From Ferruginibacter sp. (GTDB lineage Bacteria > Bacteroidota > Bacteroidia > Chitinophagales > Chitinophagaceae), in assembly GCA_017988335.1 (NCBI GenBank), contig JAGNRZ010000001.1:2920-66919 (forward strand): a stretch of DNA of 64,000 nt, given 5' to 3'. Position 1 is the stretch's first letter, and the number at the start of each line of letters is the position of its first letter. The notes beneath the pieces were generated by a model that saw only the letters and a list, made by a program, of their open reading frames with translations, was not told the DNA's origin and made no database searches. The position numbers were made by a program, and so were the translations under genes. Shown one piece after another: positions 26,989 through 37,170 of this stretch.

Positions 26989-27231
26989 TTAACCTTTCTT
27001 TTGTAGGCGTTTAGTCATAATAGCAAGTATTCTTTTTTGTGCATTTTCCCAAGAGTCAAACTTTGTTTTACCTGCTTTTATTTCTGCTAAACGCTCCTCC
27101 AAAATGGCATCTATTTCAGTTTTTTCAAACTCTTCAACAAGTTCTTTATCCCAGTTTTTTAAAAGAGTGGTTGTTTGTTTTATTGTATCTTGAAGAGAAG
27201 ATTTAGGACTTGATTTTTGTAACGTTGGCAT
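26989..27231 (-). CDS. Antitoxin / addiction-module component (Unstab_antitox-like)
   Basis: 80 aa, acidic and helical. ...ILEERLAEIKAGKTKFDSWENAQKRI is typical. Sits upstream of the toxin and is coupled to it. Confidence 0.75.
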   Translation of the reverse strand: MPTLQKSSPKSSLQDTIKQTTTLLKNWDKELVEEFEKTEIDAILEERLAEIKAGKTKFDSWENAQKRILAIMTKRLQKKG

Positions 27232-27268
27232 AAATTATTTTTTTAAAATTAATCAATTTGTTTGATAC

Positions 27269-28096
27269 CTATATGCTTATCTCATCTGAAAAATCAAGAT
27301 TTTCACCCCTCACTTCATCATGCAAATAATCCTTCCTCTTTAATTCAAAATTTCTACCTAAGTATAATCGGCGTACTTGTTCATCGCCAGCTAATTCTTC
27401 GGCAGTACCATGTTTAAATATTTTACCCTCAATAAGTAAATAAGCTCTATCACAAATACTTAGGGTTTCGTTTACATTATGATCGGTAATTAAAATACCA
27501 ATATTTTTATATTTTAGTTTAGCTACAATAGCTTGTATATCTTCTACAGCAATAGGGTCAACGCCTGCAAAGGGTTCGTCTAGTAAAATAAATTTAGGAT
27601 CAACAGCTAAGGCTCTAGCAATTTCGGTACGGCGGCGTTCGCCACCACTTAAAGTATCACCATTGTTTTTACGTACTTTTTGTAATCTAAATTCATCTAG
27701 TAAGCTTTCTAATTTTTCTTTTTGCTGAGCTTTGGTAAGCTTAGTCATTTCTAAAATGGCACTAATATTATCTTCTACACTTAGCTTTCTAAACACACTA
27801 GCCTCTTGCGGTAAATACCCAATACCCATTTGAGCTCTTTTGTACATGGGTAGCTTGGTAATATTTATATCGTTTAAAAACACTTCGCCTTCATCGGGCT
27901 TTACTAAACCCACTACTTGATAAAATGAGGTGGTTTTACCTGCACCATTAGGGCCCAATAAACCCACAATTTCGCCTTGGCTTACATTAAACGACACATC
28001 ATTTACAACAGTACGACTGCCGTAAATTTTTACTAAGTTTTTGGTATGTATAGTTAAGTTCAATAGTATAATTTGTACAAAAATAATGTAAAGCAT
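27269..28096 (-). CDS. lptB: LPS export ABC transporter ATP-binding protein LptB
   Basis: Walker [10 protein letters not shown], signature LSGGERRR, Walker [13 protein letters not shown], and an LptB-like N-terminus ([17 protein letters not shown]). The true start may be the internal TTG at 28063. Confidence 0.88.
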   Translation of the reverse strand: MLYIIFVQIILLNLTIHTKNLVKIYGSRTVVNDVSFNVSQGEIVGLLGPNGAGKTTSFYQVVGLVKPDEGEVFLNDINITKLPMYKRAQMGIGYLPQEASVFRKLSVEDNISAILEMTKLTKAQQKEKLESLLDEFRLQKVRKNNGDTLSGGERRRTEIARALAVDPKFILLDEPFAGVDPIAVEDIQAIVAKLKYKNIGILITDHNVNETLSICDRAYLLIEGKIFKHGTAEELAGDEQVRRLYLGRNFELKRKDYLHDEVRGENLDFSDEISI

Positions 28097-28180
28097 CCAA
28101 TGGTTAAACAGTACTAGTTATTTAACAACTGTTTGTGCTTTAGCTATTGTTAGTTAATTTTACAGATAATTTTTATGTAA

Positions 28181-29134
28181 ATGAAGGTAACTGACCACAT
28201 AGCACAAGCAAAAAGTACATTAGTATCGTTTGAAGTATTGCCTCCTTTAAAAGGAAAAGGTATAGAAGCCTTGTATAATCATTTAAACCCGTTAATGGAG
28301 TTTAAACCCTCTTTTATTAATGTAACATACCATAGAAGTGAGCATGTGTTTAAGAAAAAAGTAGACGGTAGTTTTGAAAAAGTAATAATAAGAAAAAGGC
28401 CTGGTACCGAAAGCATTTGTGCTGCAATAATGAACAAGTATAATGTAGATACTGTGCCACATTTAATTTGTGGCGGATTTGGAGTTAATGAAACAGAAGA
28501 TGCTTTAATTAACTTAAGATACTTGGGTATAGATAATGTGTTGGTATTACGTGGAGATGCTGCAAAAAATGAAAGTACATTTGAACCAGAACCTGGTGGA
28601 CATAAATTTGCTAGTGAACTTTTAAAGCAAGTAGTAGATTTAAATGCTGGAATTTATTTAGATGATGAACTAAAGGGCACACAAAAAACAGAGTTTTGTA
28701 TTGGTGTGGCAGGTTACCCCGAAAAACATTTTGAAGCACCCAATATGGATACAGATTTGCAATACCTAAAAGCAAAAGTTGATGCTGGTGCAGATTATAT
28801 TATAACGCAAATGTTTTTTGACAATAAAAAATACTTTGCCTTTGTAGATGCTTGCAGAGCTATTGGTATTACAGTGCCTATTATACCAGGCATAAAGCCT
28901 ATTTATACAAAAAAGCAATTAACCATATTGCCAAAAACATTTAGCATAGAATTGCCTACAGATTTAAGCAACGAAGTTCTAAAGTGTAAAAACGATGTTG
29001 ATGTAGAAAAAATTGGTGCTGAATGGCTTTTGCAACAAAGTATAGAATTGAAGCAAGCTGGAGTGCCTGTGCTACATTATTACACTTTAGGTAGGCCAAT
29101 GTTAGTGGCAGATGTGGTGAAAAAATTGTTGTAA
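28181..29134 (+). CDS. metF: Methylenetetrahydrofolate reductase [NAD(P)H]
   Basis: SFEVLPP...INVTYH...H(L)ICGG...LVLRGD...GYPE.H...AGADYIITQMFFD, in the canonical MetF order. Confidence 0.9.
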   Translation: MKVTDHIAQAKSTLVSFEVLPPLKGKGIEALYNHLNPLMEFKPSFINVTYHRSEHVFKKKVDGSFEKVIIRKRPGTESICAAIMNKYNVDTVPHLICGGFGVNETEDALINLRYLGIDNVLVLRGDAAKNESTFEPEPGGHKFASELLKQVVDLNAGIYLDDELKGTQKTEFCIGVAGYPEKHFEAPNMDTDLQYLKAKVDAGADYIITQMFFDNKKYFAFVDACRAIGITVPIIPGIKPIYTKKQLTILPKTFSIELPTDLSNEVLKCKNDVDVEKIGAEWLLQQSIELKQAGVPVLHYYTLGRPMLVADVVKKLL

Positions 29135-29160
29135 AAACAGCCTTAAAAATACTTATCTGT

Positions 29161-29607
29161 ATGAAAATAAATAAGTACAAACTGTATTTGGTTTTGATGC
29201 TTATTTTGTTGGGAGCTACTTATGGCAAGCAAATTTGGTATGCCTTAACTTTTATAAAAACTACTGGTATAATTAGAGAGTATGAATCTCAATTAAATTA
29301 CGGAGGAAGAAGAACTACTATTTCTTATTTTCCTTTAGTAGATTTTAATTTAGGAGAAGCTACATACAGTTTTTATGGGAGTTCAAATTTGCATGAAACA
29401 TATGTGGAAGGAAGTAAAGTGCCAGTTATTTATAACCCTAAAAATCCAAGCAAAGCATATGTGTATACTTTTTTAGGATATTGGGGTAACTCGTTCTTAA
29501 TTGTATTCCCAATTTTTGTTGTGCTTTCAATGTTTTTATTATCTGTTGGAGTATTGCCTAAAATACTTGTAATAAATAGAAATAGTATAATAAATAGATT
29601 TAGATAA
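29161..29607 (+). CDS. DUF3592-like membrane protein
   Basis: N-terminal TM, then ...YFPLVDF..., ...GSKVPVIYNPKNPSKA... and a C-terminal TM. This matches the DUF3592 pattern. Confidence 0.65.
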   Translation: MKINKYKLYLVLMLILLGATYGKQIWYALTFIKTTGIIREYESQLNYGGRRTTISYFPLVDFNLGEATYSFYGSSNLHETYVEGSKVPVIYNPKNPSKAYVYTFLGYWGNSFLIVFPIFVVLSMFLLSVGVLPKILVINRNSIINRFR

Positions 29608-29614
29608 AAAACAA

Positions 29615-31558
29615 CTACTTCATCAACTCCTTCAACACAACTTCATTAACCTTTACAGGATATTTTTTCTTTAATTCCTCAATCCATTTTTCTTCAACAG
29701 TGGTTTGATAATCGTTAATGATTAAACCCTTAGCTTCTGTAAAACTACGTTGCTCATTGGCAGGGTAAAGCTTTATTATTTTTACAAAACTTGCAGAGCC
29801 ATCTATACCATTGGTTATATAGTCGCTAATCATTCCTTCTTGTAGGTTGGTGCCTTCTTTTATAGGAATTTGTGTTAATTCATATCTACCACTATCGGCT
29901 TGTATAGCATTGTTGGCTTCTTCGGTTACAAGTTTCCAATTTTTTCCAGCTTTTAAATCGGTAATTGCCTTTTTTGCACTTACCTCATTGCTGCAATTAA
30001 ATAACACAACTGCAGCACTTGCAGCCCATTTGTATTTTGCCTTATTGGTTTCGTAATGTTTTTGTAGGCCAGGCATATCATTAGCGGCTTTGCTCCACAC
30101 TTTTCTTTCCATAATTTCAAATAACATGTTGCCTTCTTTAAACTCTGCCATTTGATATTTAAAATCGTTGTTGTATTGCTCTAGATTTTTTCTGTAATGA
30201 GCTAGGGCTGTTGTGTAAACAAACTTTTTATACAGGGCTTCATTATCTTCTCCTTGATATAATTCGCCATTGGTTTTATAATCTTTTATAAAAGCTAACC
30301 AATCGGCACCAGTATAATTTTTTTTATGTAAATTAAAAATATTGGCTTTACTAATTGGATACTTTGCAACAATTGCTGAAGGGTTTTTAGAAATACTATC
30401 GGCATATTTATACAAGTCAGCATCTTTAGCACCGGTTAATTTTTTATAATTTAATTTGGCCAAAATGCTTTGTGCAAATTTTTCTCTAGCAATATTTATT
30501 CTAGCATCTTGCTGTACTTTTTGTTTTAATTCAAACATAAAACCTGTACTATCTTTTGAAGAAGGTGTAGGCATTTGTTCTAATCTTTTTACAATATGAT
30601 AGCCAAAAGGAGTAGTAAATACATTTGATATATCACCATTAGCCTTTAATTTAAAAACCTCTTTTTCAAATACAGGTTGAAATTTACCAGTAGTAAACAT
30701 AGGCAATTCTCCACCAGCATTATAACTCATCTTATCATCGCTTAGTTTTTTGGCTAATGATGCAAAATCGCCACCTTTTAGTAATAAGGCATAGGCAGAG
30801 TCTGCCTTAGCTTTTAAATAAGGAGTGTTGTTAGCATTTTCATCTGGTGCAAAAGCAAATAAAATTTGTGCAATACGCCAAGTGCCTACACTTTTTCTTT
30901 CCTCAATATTTTTAAAAATATGTATGCCTTTTTTTGAACGATAGATGGACGAAAATTGACCCACTTGTAATTTATAGATAACAGTTTCGTATTCGTAAGG
31001 CAATGTAAATGCAGTAATAAAGCCAATATCGCTATGTTTTACGGTAAATACTTTTGATGCATTAGTGGCAATGTTTGTATAGTCGGTATTATTTTTAGTT
31101 AATTGATTACGTACTTCATTCAATGCGTTATATGCTTTTACTGTATCTGCCGCAGGCATACCTTGTGTAAAAGGCACAAAAAAATGATATACATGTACAT
31201 CTTTTTGATTTCTTTCAAAAGCTTCATTAGTTAATTCATCTACGCTTTTATCATCACTCATGTAGCTTTCTTCTACTTGTGTTTTAAAGCTTTCTAAATC
31301 GTACTTAAGTTGTGGTAGCGTATCAATACCTAAATCTTTAGCAGCTTTTACTTTTAACTTAAACTTGGTATATAAATCAAGATATTCATTAATAGAGGCT
31401 TGTTTATCTACAACAGTAGTTTTGTTTTTGTTGTATGCCTTTAAAAACTCTTCTTTACTAACGGCTATGCCACCATAGGTAAAAAGTGTTTGGGAAAACA
31501 AGGTTGATGTAATTAATAAAAAAGCAACTAGTGTAGTTGTAAATTTCAAATGCTTCAT
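29615..31558 (-). CDS. Periplasmic peptidyl-prolyl cis-trans isomerase / chaperone (SurA/PpiD-like, parvulin domains)
   Basis: Signal peptide. Parvulin signatures KKGIHIFK and TTPFGYHIVKRLE. SurA-like helical N-terminal region. Confidence 0.82.
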   Translation of the reverse strand: MKHLKFTTTLVAFLLITSTLFSQTLFTYGGIAVSKEEFLKAYNKNKTTVVDKQASINEYLDLYTKFKLKVKAAKDLGIDTLPQLKYDLESFKTQVEESYMSDDKSVDELTNEAFERNQKDVHVYHFFVPFTQGMPAADTVKAYNALNEVRNQLTKNNTDYTNIATNASKVFTVKHSDIGFITAFTLPYEYETVIYKLQVGQFSSIYRSKKGIHIFKNIEERKSVGTWRIAQILFAFAPDENANNTPYLKAKADSAYALLLKGGDFASLAKKLSDDKMSYNAGGELPMFTTGKFQPVFEKEVFKLKANGDISNVFTTPFGYHIVKRLEQMPTPSSKDSTGFMFELKQKVQQDARINIAREKFAQSILAKLNYKKLTGAKDADLYKYADSISKNPSAIVAKYPISKANIFNLHKKNYTGADWLAFIKDYKTNGELYQGEDNEALYKKFVYTTALAHYRKNLEQYNNDFKYQMAEFKEGNMLFEIMERKVWSKAANDMPGLQKHYETNKAKYKWAASAAVVLFNCSNEVSAKKAITDLKAGKNWKLVTEEANNAIQADSGRYELTQIPIKEGTNLQEGMISDYITNGIDGSASFVKIIKLYPANEQRSFTEAKGLIINDYQTTVEEKWIEELKKKYPVKVNEVVLKELMK

Positions 31559-31561
31559 GTG

Positions 31562-32992
31562 CTATTTATTATTTTTTATTTTGAACTCAAGTAAATCATT
31601 TAATTGCAAAACAGTTAGTTTTTTACCAACTATACGTTTGTTTTTATCTAACAAATATAAAATAGGTGTACTAGTAATATCATACAGTTGTCTGTAGCTT
31701 GCTTTTTGAGCAGCATTGTCAGCATCTGCCATGGCTTTGGTTTGCCATACATGCGTCCACTCGGTTAGCTTTTTTTCAGCAATAAATTTTTGCCAATCTT
31801 CTTTTATGTTAATATAACTTTCTGGTGTAAGTACAGCATAAATTTTTACTCCTTTGCTTTTCCAACTAGCTTGATAAATGCTATCAACTCTTGGGACTTC
31901 TGTTTTACAATGCCCACAATTAGGATCCCAAAAGCATACGACAGTATATTCAGCATCAAGTTCGTAAAGAGGTTTAGGTTTATCATTAGCATCAATAAAC
32001 TCTAAGTTAGCAGCCATTTCACCAATTAAATTACTCATAGTCATATAAGCTCTACGGCTTATAAACTCCATTTGCTTTTCGTTTAGCCATGGGCTTAAGC
32101 CTTTGCTGTGGTAGTTGTTAAACAAATGCACTAGTACAGCATCTTGCCCCATATATTTTGGGTTAAGATAAAAATCGGTAAGCCAGTTTAACATGTACTT
32201 ATATAACTCAGGGCTGTTTCTTGCTAATAATAATTTGTAATCAATATCTTTTATCACACTATCTGCCTGCACTACAATATCGGTATAGTAGCGTTGTAAT
32301 TTTGGCGTAAAAAATGGAGTACGTATTAATCTATCATCCATAAATGTAATACCATCCCAATAATGTGTTTTATAATAGTAAAAGTTATTTAACGAATCTT
32401 CTCTTGTAATAGGGTTTTGCATTAGCACTTGAGGATCTTTCATGGCTTGTAGTAAAGCCGCCATCATAGACTTTGGTTGTTTGGTAACAATTCCCTCTCT
32501 GTACACACTCATTTCATTGCTGTAATTGTTATAATTTTTTTCATGCAAGGCAGAGTCTGCTTTGTTAGTGGCTGCCATATAAGCCCTTCTAGCATTATCC
32601 CTTAACCTTCCTTTGGTGGTAACAAATTTTTGGTACTGTTGGTATAGCACATTTTCTTTTGAGCCTGTAATAGTGGTTTTAAAAACCAGGTCAGTAGAAT
32701 CTAACGTGATGTTTATTTTTTGTTCCTTGTCAATTAAAAAATCAACCCTGCGTTTATCTGACAACACTAACACATAAATGCCACCTAATAATTTTGTTTT
32801 GCCTGTAAAAACAACAGAACCATTTTTTTTCATAATGGCACTATCTTGTATATTAAGATTGCTGCCACTATAGTAGGTAAAATAGGTTAACCCACCCTTG
32901 TAACCCTTGGCTTGTACAGTAATGGAATATCCCTGTGCTGTAGAAGCTTTTGTAAGGAATAAAGCCAATAAAATTGTAAATATCTTTTTCAT
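31562..32992 (-). CDS. Thioredoxin-fold protein (TlpA/redoxin-like with an N-terminal DUF5106-like region)
   Basis: Signal peptide. CxxC active site FWDPNCGHCK in the C-terminal thioredoxin-like domain. Confidence 0.8.
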   Translation of the reverse strand: MKKIFTILLALFLTKASTAQGYSITVQAKGYKGGLTYFTYYSGSNLNIQDSAIMKKNGSVVFTGKTKLLGGIYVLVLSDKRRVDFLIDKEQKINITLDSTDLVFKTTITGSKENVLYQQYQKFVTTKGRLRDNARRAYMAATNKADSALHEKNYNNYSNEMSVYREGIVTKQPKSMMAALLQAMKDPQVLMQNPITREDSLNNFYYYKTHYWDGITFMDDRLIRTPFFTPKLQRYYTDIVVQADSVIKDIDYKLLLARNSPELYKYMLNWLTDFYLNPKYMGQDAVLVHLFNNYHSKGLSPWLNEKQMEFISRRAYMTMSNLIGEMAANLEFIDANDKPKPLYELDAEYTVVCFWDPNCGHCKTEVPRVDSIYQASWKSKGVKIYAVLTPESYINIKEDWQKFIAEKKLTEWTHVWQTKAMADADNAAQKASYRQLYDITSTPILYLLDKNKRIVGKKLTVLQLNDLLEFKIKNNK

Positions 32993-33158
32993 GCTGTAAA
33001 TAAGGTAGCAAATGTATTTAAAATGGTTGATTTATCTATGTTTTATAAAGCAAATGGCTATTAGTATTACATTTCATTAACAAAAAACATTTTAATACGT
33101 TAAATAAAATACTGAGCTAATAAACTAGTTAACCAGTAAACTAATTTACTTTTGCCCA

Positions 33159-34565
33159 GTGAAAAAAGATAAAAAAAGAATTGTTTTAGAAAATATTTTA
33201 GTAACTGACTATGCGGCAGAAGGCAAAGCCCTTGCCAAGTATGATGGTAAGGTAATTTTTATAAGCGGAGCAGTACCCGGCGATACCGTAGATGTATTTT
33301 TAACAAAAAATAAAAAAGATTGGGCAGAGGCCAGAGTAATTGCTATAAAAACGCCTGCGGTAGATAGGCAAACGCCTTTTTGTAAACACTTTGGCGTATG
33401 TGGAGGTTGCAAATGGCAAATGTTGCCCTATGCCAAACAATTGCAATACAAGCAGCAAGAGGTAGAACAAAATTTAAAAAGAATAGGTAAGGTAGAGTTG
33501 CCGGCACTAATGCCAATTGTAGGTGCAGATGACGATAAGCATTACAGAAATAAACTGGAATTTACATTTAGCAATAAGAGGTATTTATTGCCAGAAGAAA
33601 TGAGTGTAGAAGAAACAACTACACAGTCCAATGCTTTAGGTTTTCATGTGCCTCGTTTGTTTGATAAAATAATTGACATTCAAGAGTGTTATTTAATGGA
33701 TGATGTAAATAATGCTATTAGAAACAGTGTTAGAGATTTTGCATTGCAACACAACTTTAGTTTTTACGATGTAAGGCAACATACAGGCTGGTTACGCAAT
33801 ATTGTAATACGCAATTGTACTACTGGAGAGTTAATGGTAAATATTATTTTTAATAATGAAGATGAAGCAAACAGAAAATTATTGTTAGATGATTTATTGC
33901 AAAAAGTACCAGCTATTACAACCTTGCTGTACACCATCAATCCAAAATTTAACGATACTATTTACGATTTAACACCCATTACTTATTTTGGTAAAGGCTA
34001 TGCTATTGAAAAGCTAGAAAACTTTAGTTACAAAATTTCGCCAAAATCATTTTTTCAAACCAATACCAAACAGGCTGAAAAGCTGTACCAAATTACAAGA
34101 GATTTTGCAGGCTTAACAGGCAATGAAGTAGTGTACGATTTATATTGTGGCACAGGTAGTATTGGTATTTTTGTAAGCCAATTGGCTAAAAAAATTATTG
34201 GTGTAGAGGCTATTGATGATGCCATTATAGATGCAAAAGAAAATGCAGCCATTAACAATATTACTCATGCACATTTTTTTGCTGGAGACGTAATAAAAAT
34301 TTGCAACGATGAATTTTTTGCTACACATGGCAAACCAGATGTAGTAATAACAGATCCTCCAAGGGCTGGCATGCATGAAAAACTAGTAAATAAACTACTG
34401 GAAATAGAAGCCCCTAAAATTGTATATGTAAGTTGTAACACAGCTACCCAGGCAAGGGATATTGCGTTACTAGATGAAAAATATAAAGTAGAAAAAATAC
34501 AACCAGTAGATATGTTTCCGCATACTCACCATATTGAGTGTGTGGTGTTGTTGGTGCTGAAGTAG
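33159..34565 (+). CDS. rlmD: 23S rRNA (uracil-C5)-methyltransferase RlmD/RumA family
   Basis: TRAM-like N-terminus. Fe-S Cys cluster CKHFGVCGGCKWQ. SAM motif DLYCGTGSIG. DPPRAGM, then the catalytic YVSCN. GTG start. Confidence 0.88.
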   Translation: MKKDKKRIVLENILVTDYAAEGKALAKYDGKVIFISGAVPGDTVDVFLTKNKKDWAEARVIAIKTPAVDRQTPFCKHFGVCGGCKWQMLPYAKQLQYKQQEVEQNLKRIGKVELPALMPIVGADDDKHYRNKLEFTFSNKRYLLPEEMSVEETTTQSNALGFHVPRLFDKIIDIQECYLMDDVNNAIRNSVRDFALQHNFSFYDVRQHTGWLRNIVIRNCTTGELMVNIIFNNEDEANRKLLLDDLLQKVPAITTLLYTINPKFNDTIYDLTPITYFGKGYAIEKLENFSYKISPKSFFQTNTKQAEKLYQITRDFAGLTGNEVVYDLYCGTGSIGIFVSQLAKKIIGVEAIDDAIIDAKENAAINNITHAHFFAGDVIKICNDEFFATHGKPDVVITDPPRAGMHEKLVNKLLEIEAPKIVYVSCNTATQARDIALLDEKYKVEKIQPVDMFPHTHHIECVVLLVLK

Positions 34566-34571
34566 ATAGCT

Positions 34572-34625
34572 CACAGATTCCGCAGATTTACACTGATTTT
34601 TCTGAGAAAATTTGTGAAATCTATG
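34572..34625. repeat. CACAGATT-type unit array: three forward units (CACAGATT, CGCAGATT, CACTGATT) followed by two inverted units (AATTTGTG, AATCTATG)
   Basis: Read directly, immediately 3' of rlmD. The forward and inverted units could fold into an imperfect hairpin. Confidence 0.6.
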
Positions 34626-34648
34626 AGGTAAAAAACTAATTTTAATTT

Positions 34649-35314
34649 ATGTCATACTATAACACAGGAAATAGATTTCAAAAAAATACAACGATTGTAA
34701 CGAATTTGATTATAATAAATGTATTGGTTTTTTTATGTCAAATGATGTTTGATAAAGAAGGAGGATTTTCATTATCAGATAAATTGGCTATACATGGGTA
34801 TAAATCAAATTATTTTGAACCCTATCAAATTGTAACTAACATGTTTGCCCATGGTAGTGTTGGGCATATTGCTTTTAATATGTTTGCACTATATACTTTT
34901 GGCACAATGCTAGAAAGAGTTTGGGGCCCAAAAAGGTTTTTAATTTTTTATTTGGTTTGTGGGTTGGTTGCTAGTTTGGGTTCTATGTTTTTTTTAAAGG
35001 ATGTGATTATGCAAAATCCATTAACAGGCGATAGTGAAATCTTTGTTGGAGGGGCATTGGGAGCTTCTGGTGCAATTATGGGTTTGTTTGCAGCATTTGC
35101 TTATTTATTTCCAAATACAGAGTTATATATGATGTTTATACCAGTACCAATAAAGGCTAAATGGGCGGTTGCAATCATGATTGTAATTGACTTATTTGGT
35201 CAATTTGGGCCTGTAAAAACAGGTATAGCACATTATGCCCATTTAAGTGGTTTGGTTGCAGGCTTTTTACTAGTTTTATATTGGAATAAAACCAATAAAA
35301 AAACATTCTATTAA
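34649..35314 (+). CDS. Rhomboid-family intramembrane serine protease
   Basis: HGSVGHIAFN (TM2), GASGAIMG (catalytic Ser) and AHLSGLVAG (catalytic His) are all present. Confidence 0.88.
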   Translation: MSYYNTGNRFQKNTTIVTNLIIINVLVFLCQMMFDKEGGFSLSDKLAIHGYKSNYFEPYQIVTNMFAHGSVGHIAFNMFALYTFGTMLERVWGPKRFLIFYLVCGLVASLGSMFFLKDVIMQNPLTGDSEIFVGGALGASGAIMGLFAAFAYLFPNTELYMMFIPVPIKAKWAVAIMIVIDLFGQFGPVKTGIAHYAHLSGLVAGFLLVLYWNKTNKKTFY

Positions 35315-35366
35315 TCATTAACAATAGTTTGTAATAACTGTTAGTAATTTTGAACAAAGTAATTTT

Positions 35367-36338
35367 ATGGGAGAAGCAGAAAGATATATTGATTATAAAG
35401 ATAAAGGGGCTTACAAAAAAAGTAAACGTTTTACACTTGGCGACCCTAACAATGCAGTAATGGCCATAATTACGGTGAACATTATTGTGTTTTTATTAAT
35501 AATGGTAACCAGAGTGTTTTATCTTTTTACACATCAAGGGCAAGGCTTAGAGCATTTACAATTTGATGCTACTAACTGGTTTGCTTTGCCTGCCAACTTA
35601 GGTGAACTAAGTGGTAAGCCATGGACAATTTTAACCTTTATGTTTACACATGGTGGGCTTGATGTTTTTCCTTTAATACTAACCATGATAAGCAACATGC
35701 TTTGGCTATGGGCTTTTGGTTTTATGCTTCAAGATTTATCGGGTAATAGATTGATTTTTCCTATCTACATATATGGCTCATTAGCTGGGGCTATTTGTTT
35801 TATAATAGCATGCTACGTCATTCCATCTGTAAAAGAAAATAACACTAACTATTTTTTAAATGGTAGTGCAATGGGCACTACAGCCATTGCTTTAGCGGTA
35901 ACAACCATTTCTCCTAATTATAAAATGTTCCGCAATATTGGTAATGGTATTTCAGTATGGATATTAACCGTATTGTTTTTAATAGTAAGTTTTTTAAGTG
36001 CAATATTTTTTAATAACGTAAATAGTTTTGCTATACTAGCTGCTGCTTTAACAGGGTATTTATTTATATATTTTTTACAAAGAGGTAAAGATGGAAGTGT
36101 GTGGATGATAGACTTTTATAACTGGTGTGGTAATTTATTTAACCCTAATAAAAATGTTCAAAATACATCTGTAAAAGAAAAAATATTTTACAACACAGGC
36201 GATAGAGCTCCTTACGAAAAAAAATCAAATGTAACACAACAACGTGTAGATGAGTTGCTAGATAAAATAAGCCAAAAGGGCTATCAGTTTTTAACCGACG
36301 AAGAAAAAGAGTTTCTGAAAAGAGCTAGTGAGGAGTAA
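35367..36338 (+). CDS. Rhomboid-like membrane protein, possibly non-catalytic, with a C-terminal soluble helical tail
   Basis: Rhomboid-like TM layout (FTHGG...N, GSAMGT). I cannot find the TM6 His: the stretch where AH.sG is expected reads AILAAALTGYLF. The tail reads QQRVDELLDKISQKGYQFLTDEEKEFLKRASEE. Confidence 0.7.
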   Translation: MGEAERYIDYKDKGAYKKSKRFTLGDPNNAVMAIITVNIIVFLLIMVTRVFYLFTHQGQGLEHLQFDATNWFALPANLGELSGKPWTILTFMFTHGGLDVFPLILTMISNMLWLWAFGFMLQDLSGNRLIFPIYIYGSLAGAICFIIACYVIPSVKENNTNYFLNGSAMGTTAIALAVTTISPNYKMFRNIGNGISVWILTVLFLIVSFLSAIFFNNVNSFAILAAALTGYLFIYFLQRGKDGSVWMIDFYNWCGNLFNPNKNVQNTSVKEKIFYNTGDRAPYEKKSNVTQQRVDELLDKISQKGYQFLTDEEKEFLKRASEE

Positions 36339-36339
36339 G

Positions 36340-37002
36340 CTATTCAATAGCTGTATTTAAAAAATCAAGCATAGGCTTTAGTTGTTTGCAAACCGTTTCT
36401 ATTGTTTTTAACATTTTCTTATCCGTAAGTTCGGTATTTTTTAATTCTACTGAAGCTATATAACTTTTCATTTTTAAGTAAGTAATTGCTGGGTTGTTTT
36501 CATCATATCCTTTTGGCGGCCGTTGTAAAGTTTCTATTCCTTCAATACCGTTTGTAAATATTTTTTTAAACGGCTTGTTTTCTACAATAGTTTTCCAATC
36601 AATAAAATTGTAATCAATTTCTTGCCTTATTTTATTTAACTCTGGTGGCATAGGCATATATATACCGCCAGCAATAAAACTTTTGCCCGGCTCTACATGT
36701 AAGTAGTAGCCTGCATTTTGTATTTTTTTGCCGCCTTTGTTAAAACTAGCTCCCATATTGTTTTTGTAAGGGCTTTTATCTTTACTAAAACGAACATCTC
36801 TATTAATTCTAAAAATACATTTCTTAGGCTCAAGTGTAATAATGCTGTTATCAAAAGTGCCAATAACCTGTATGGTTTTTTCTACTAGTTGTAAAAAATC
36901 TGTTTTTGCAGCTTCGTATTTTTTTCTATTTGCATCAAACCAAGGCTTGTTATTATTTTTATTTAATTGAGATAAAAATGTGAGAGTAGATTGTTGTAAC
37001 AT
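36340..37002 (-). CDS. DUF2461 (TIGR02453) family protein
   Basis: FLSQLNKNNNKPWFDANRKKYE..., IFRINRDVRFSKDKSPYK and GYYLHVEPG are signature stretches of this family. Confidence 0.85.
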   Translation of the reverse strand: MLQQSTLTFLSQLNKNNNKPWFDANRKKYEAAKTDFLQLVEKTIQVIGTFDNSIITLEPKKCIFRINRDVRFSKDKSPYKNNMGASFNKGGKKIQNAGYYLHVEPGKSFIAGGIYMPMPPELNKIRQEIDYNFIDWKTIVENKPFKKIFTNGIEGIETLQRPPKGYDENNPAITYLKMKSYIASVELKNTELTDKKMLKTIETVCKQLKPMLDFLNTAIE

Positions 37003-37037
37003 GGCTTTTTATTTTTTGCAATGTAAAAAACATTTGT

Positions 37038-37109
37038 CATTTCGACGAAGGAGAAATCTATAAAAGTAAAGTTGTACAGTGAATTAATATTTCTCCTTCA
37101 TCGAAATAG
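37038..37109. repeat. Palindromic intergenic element: about 20-bp imperfect inverted repeats CATTTCGACGAAGGAGAAAT / ATTTCTCCTTCATCGAAATA separated by about 31 nt
   Basis: Read directly in the divergent promoter region between 37002 and 37171. Confidence 0.75.
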
Positions 37110-37170
37110 CAAGAAAAACCATCTATCATTTTAACAATAATAAAAGATAGATAACCGTTAACTTTATATT

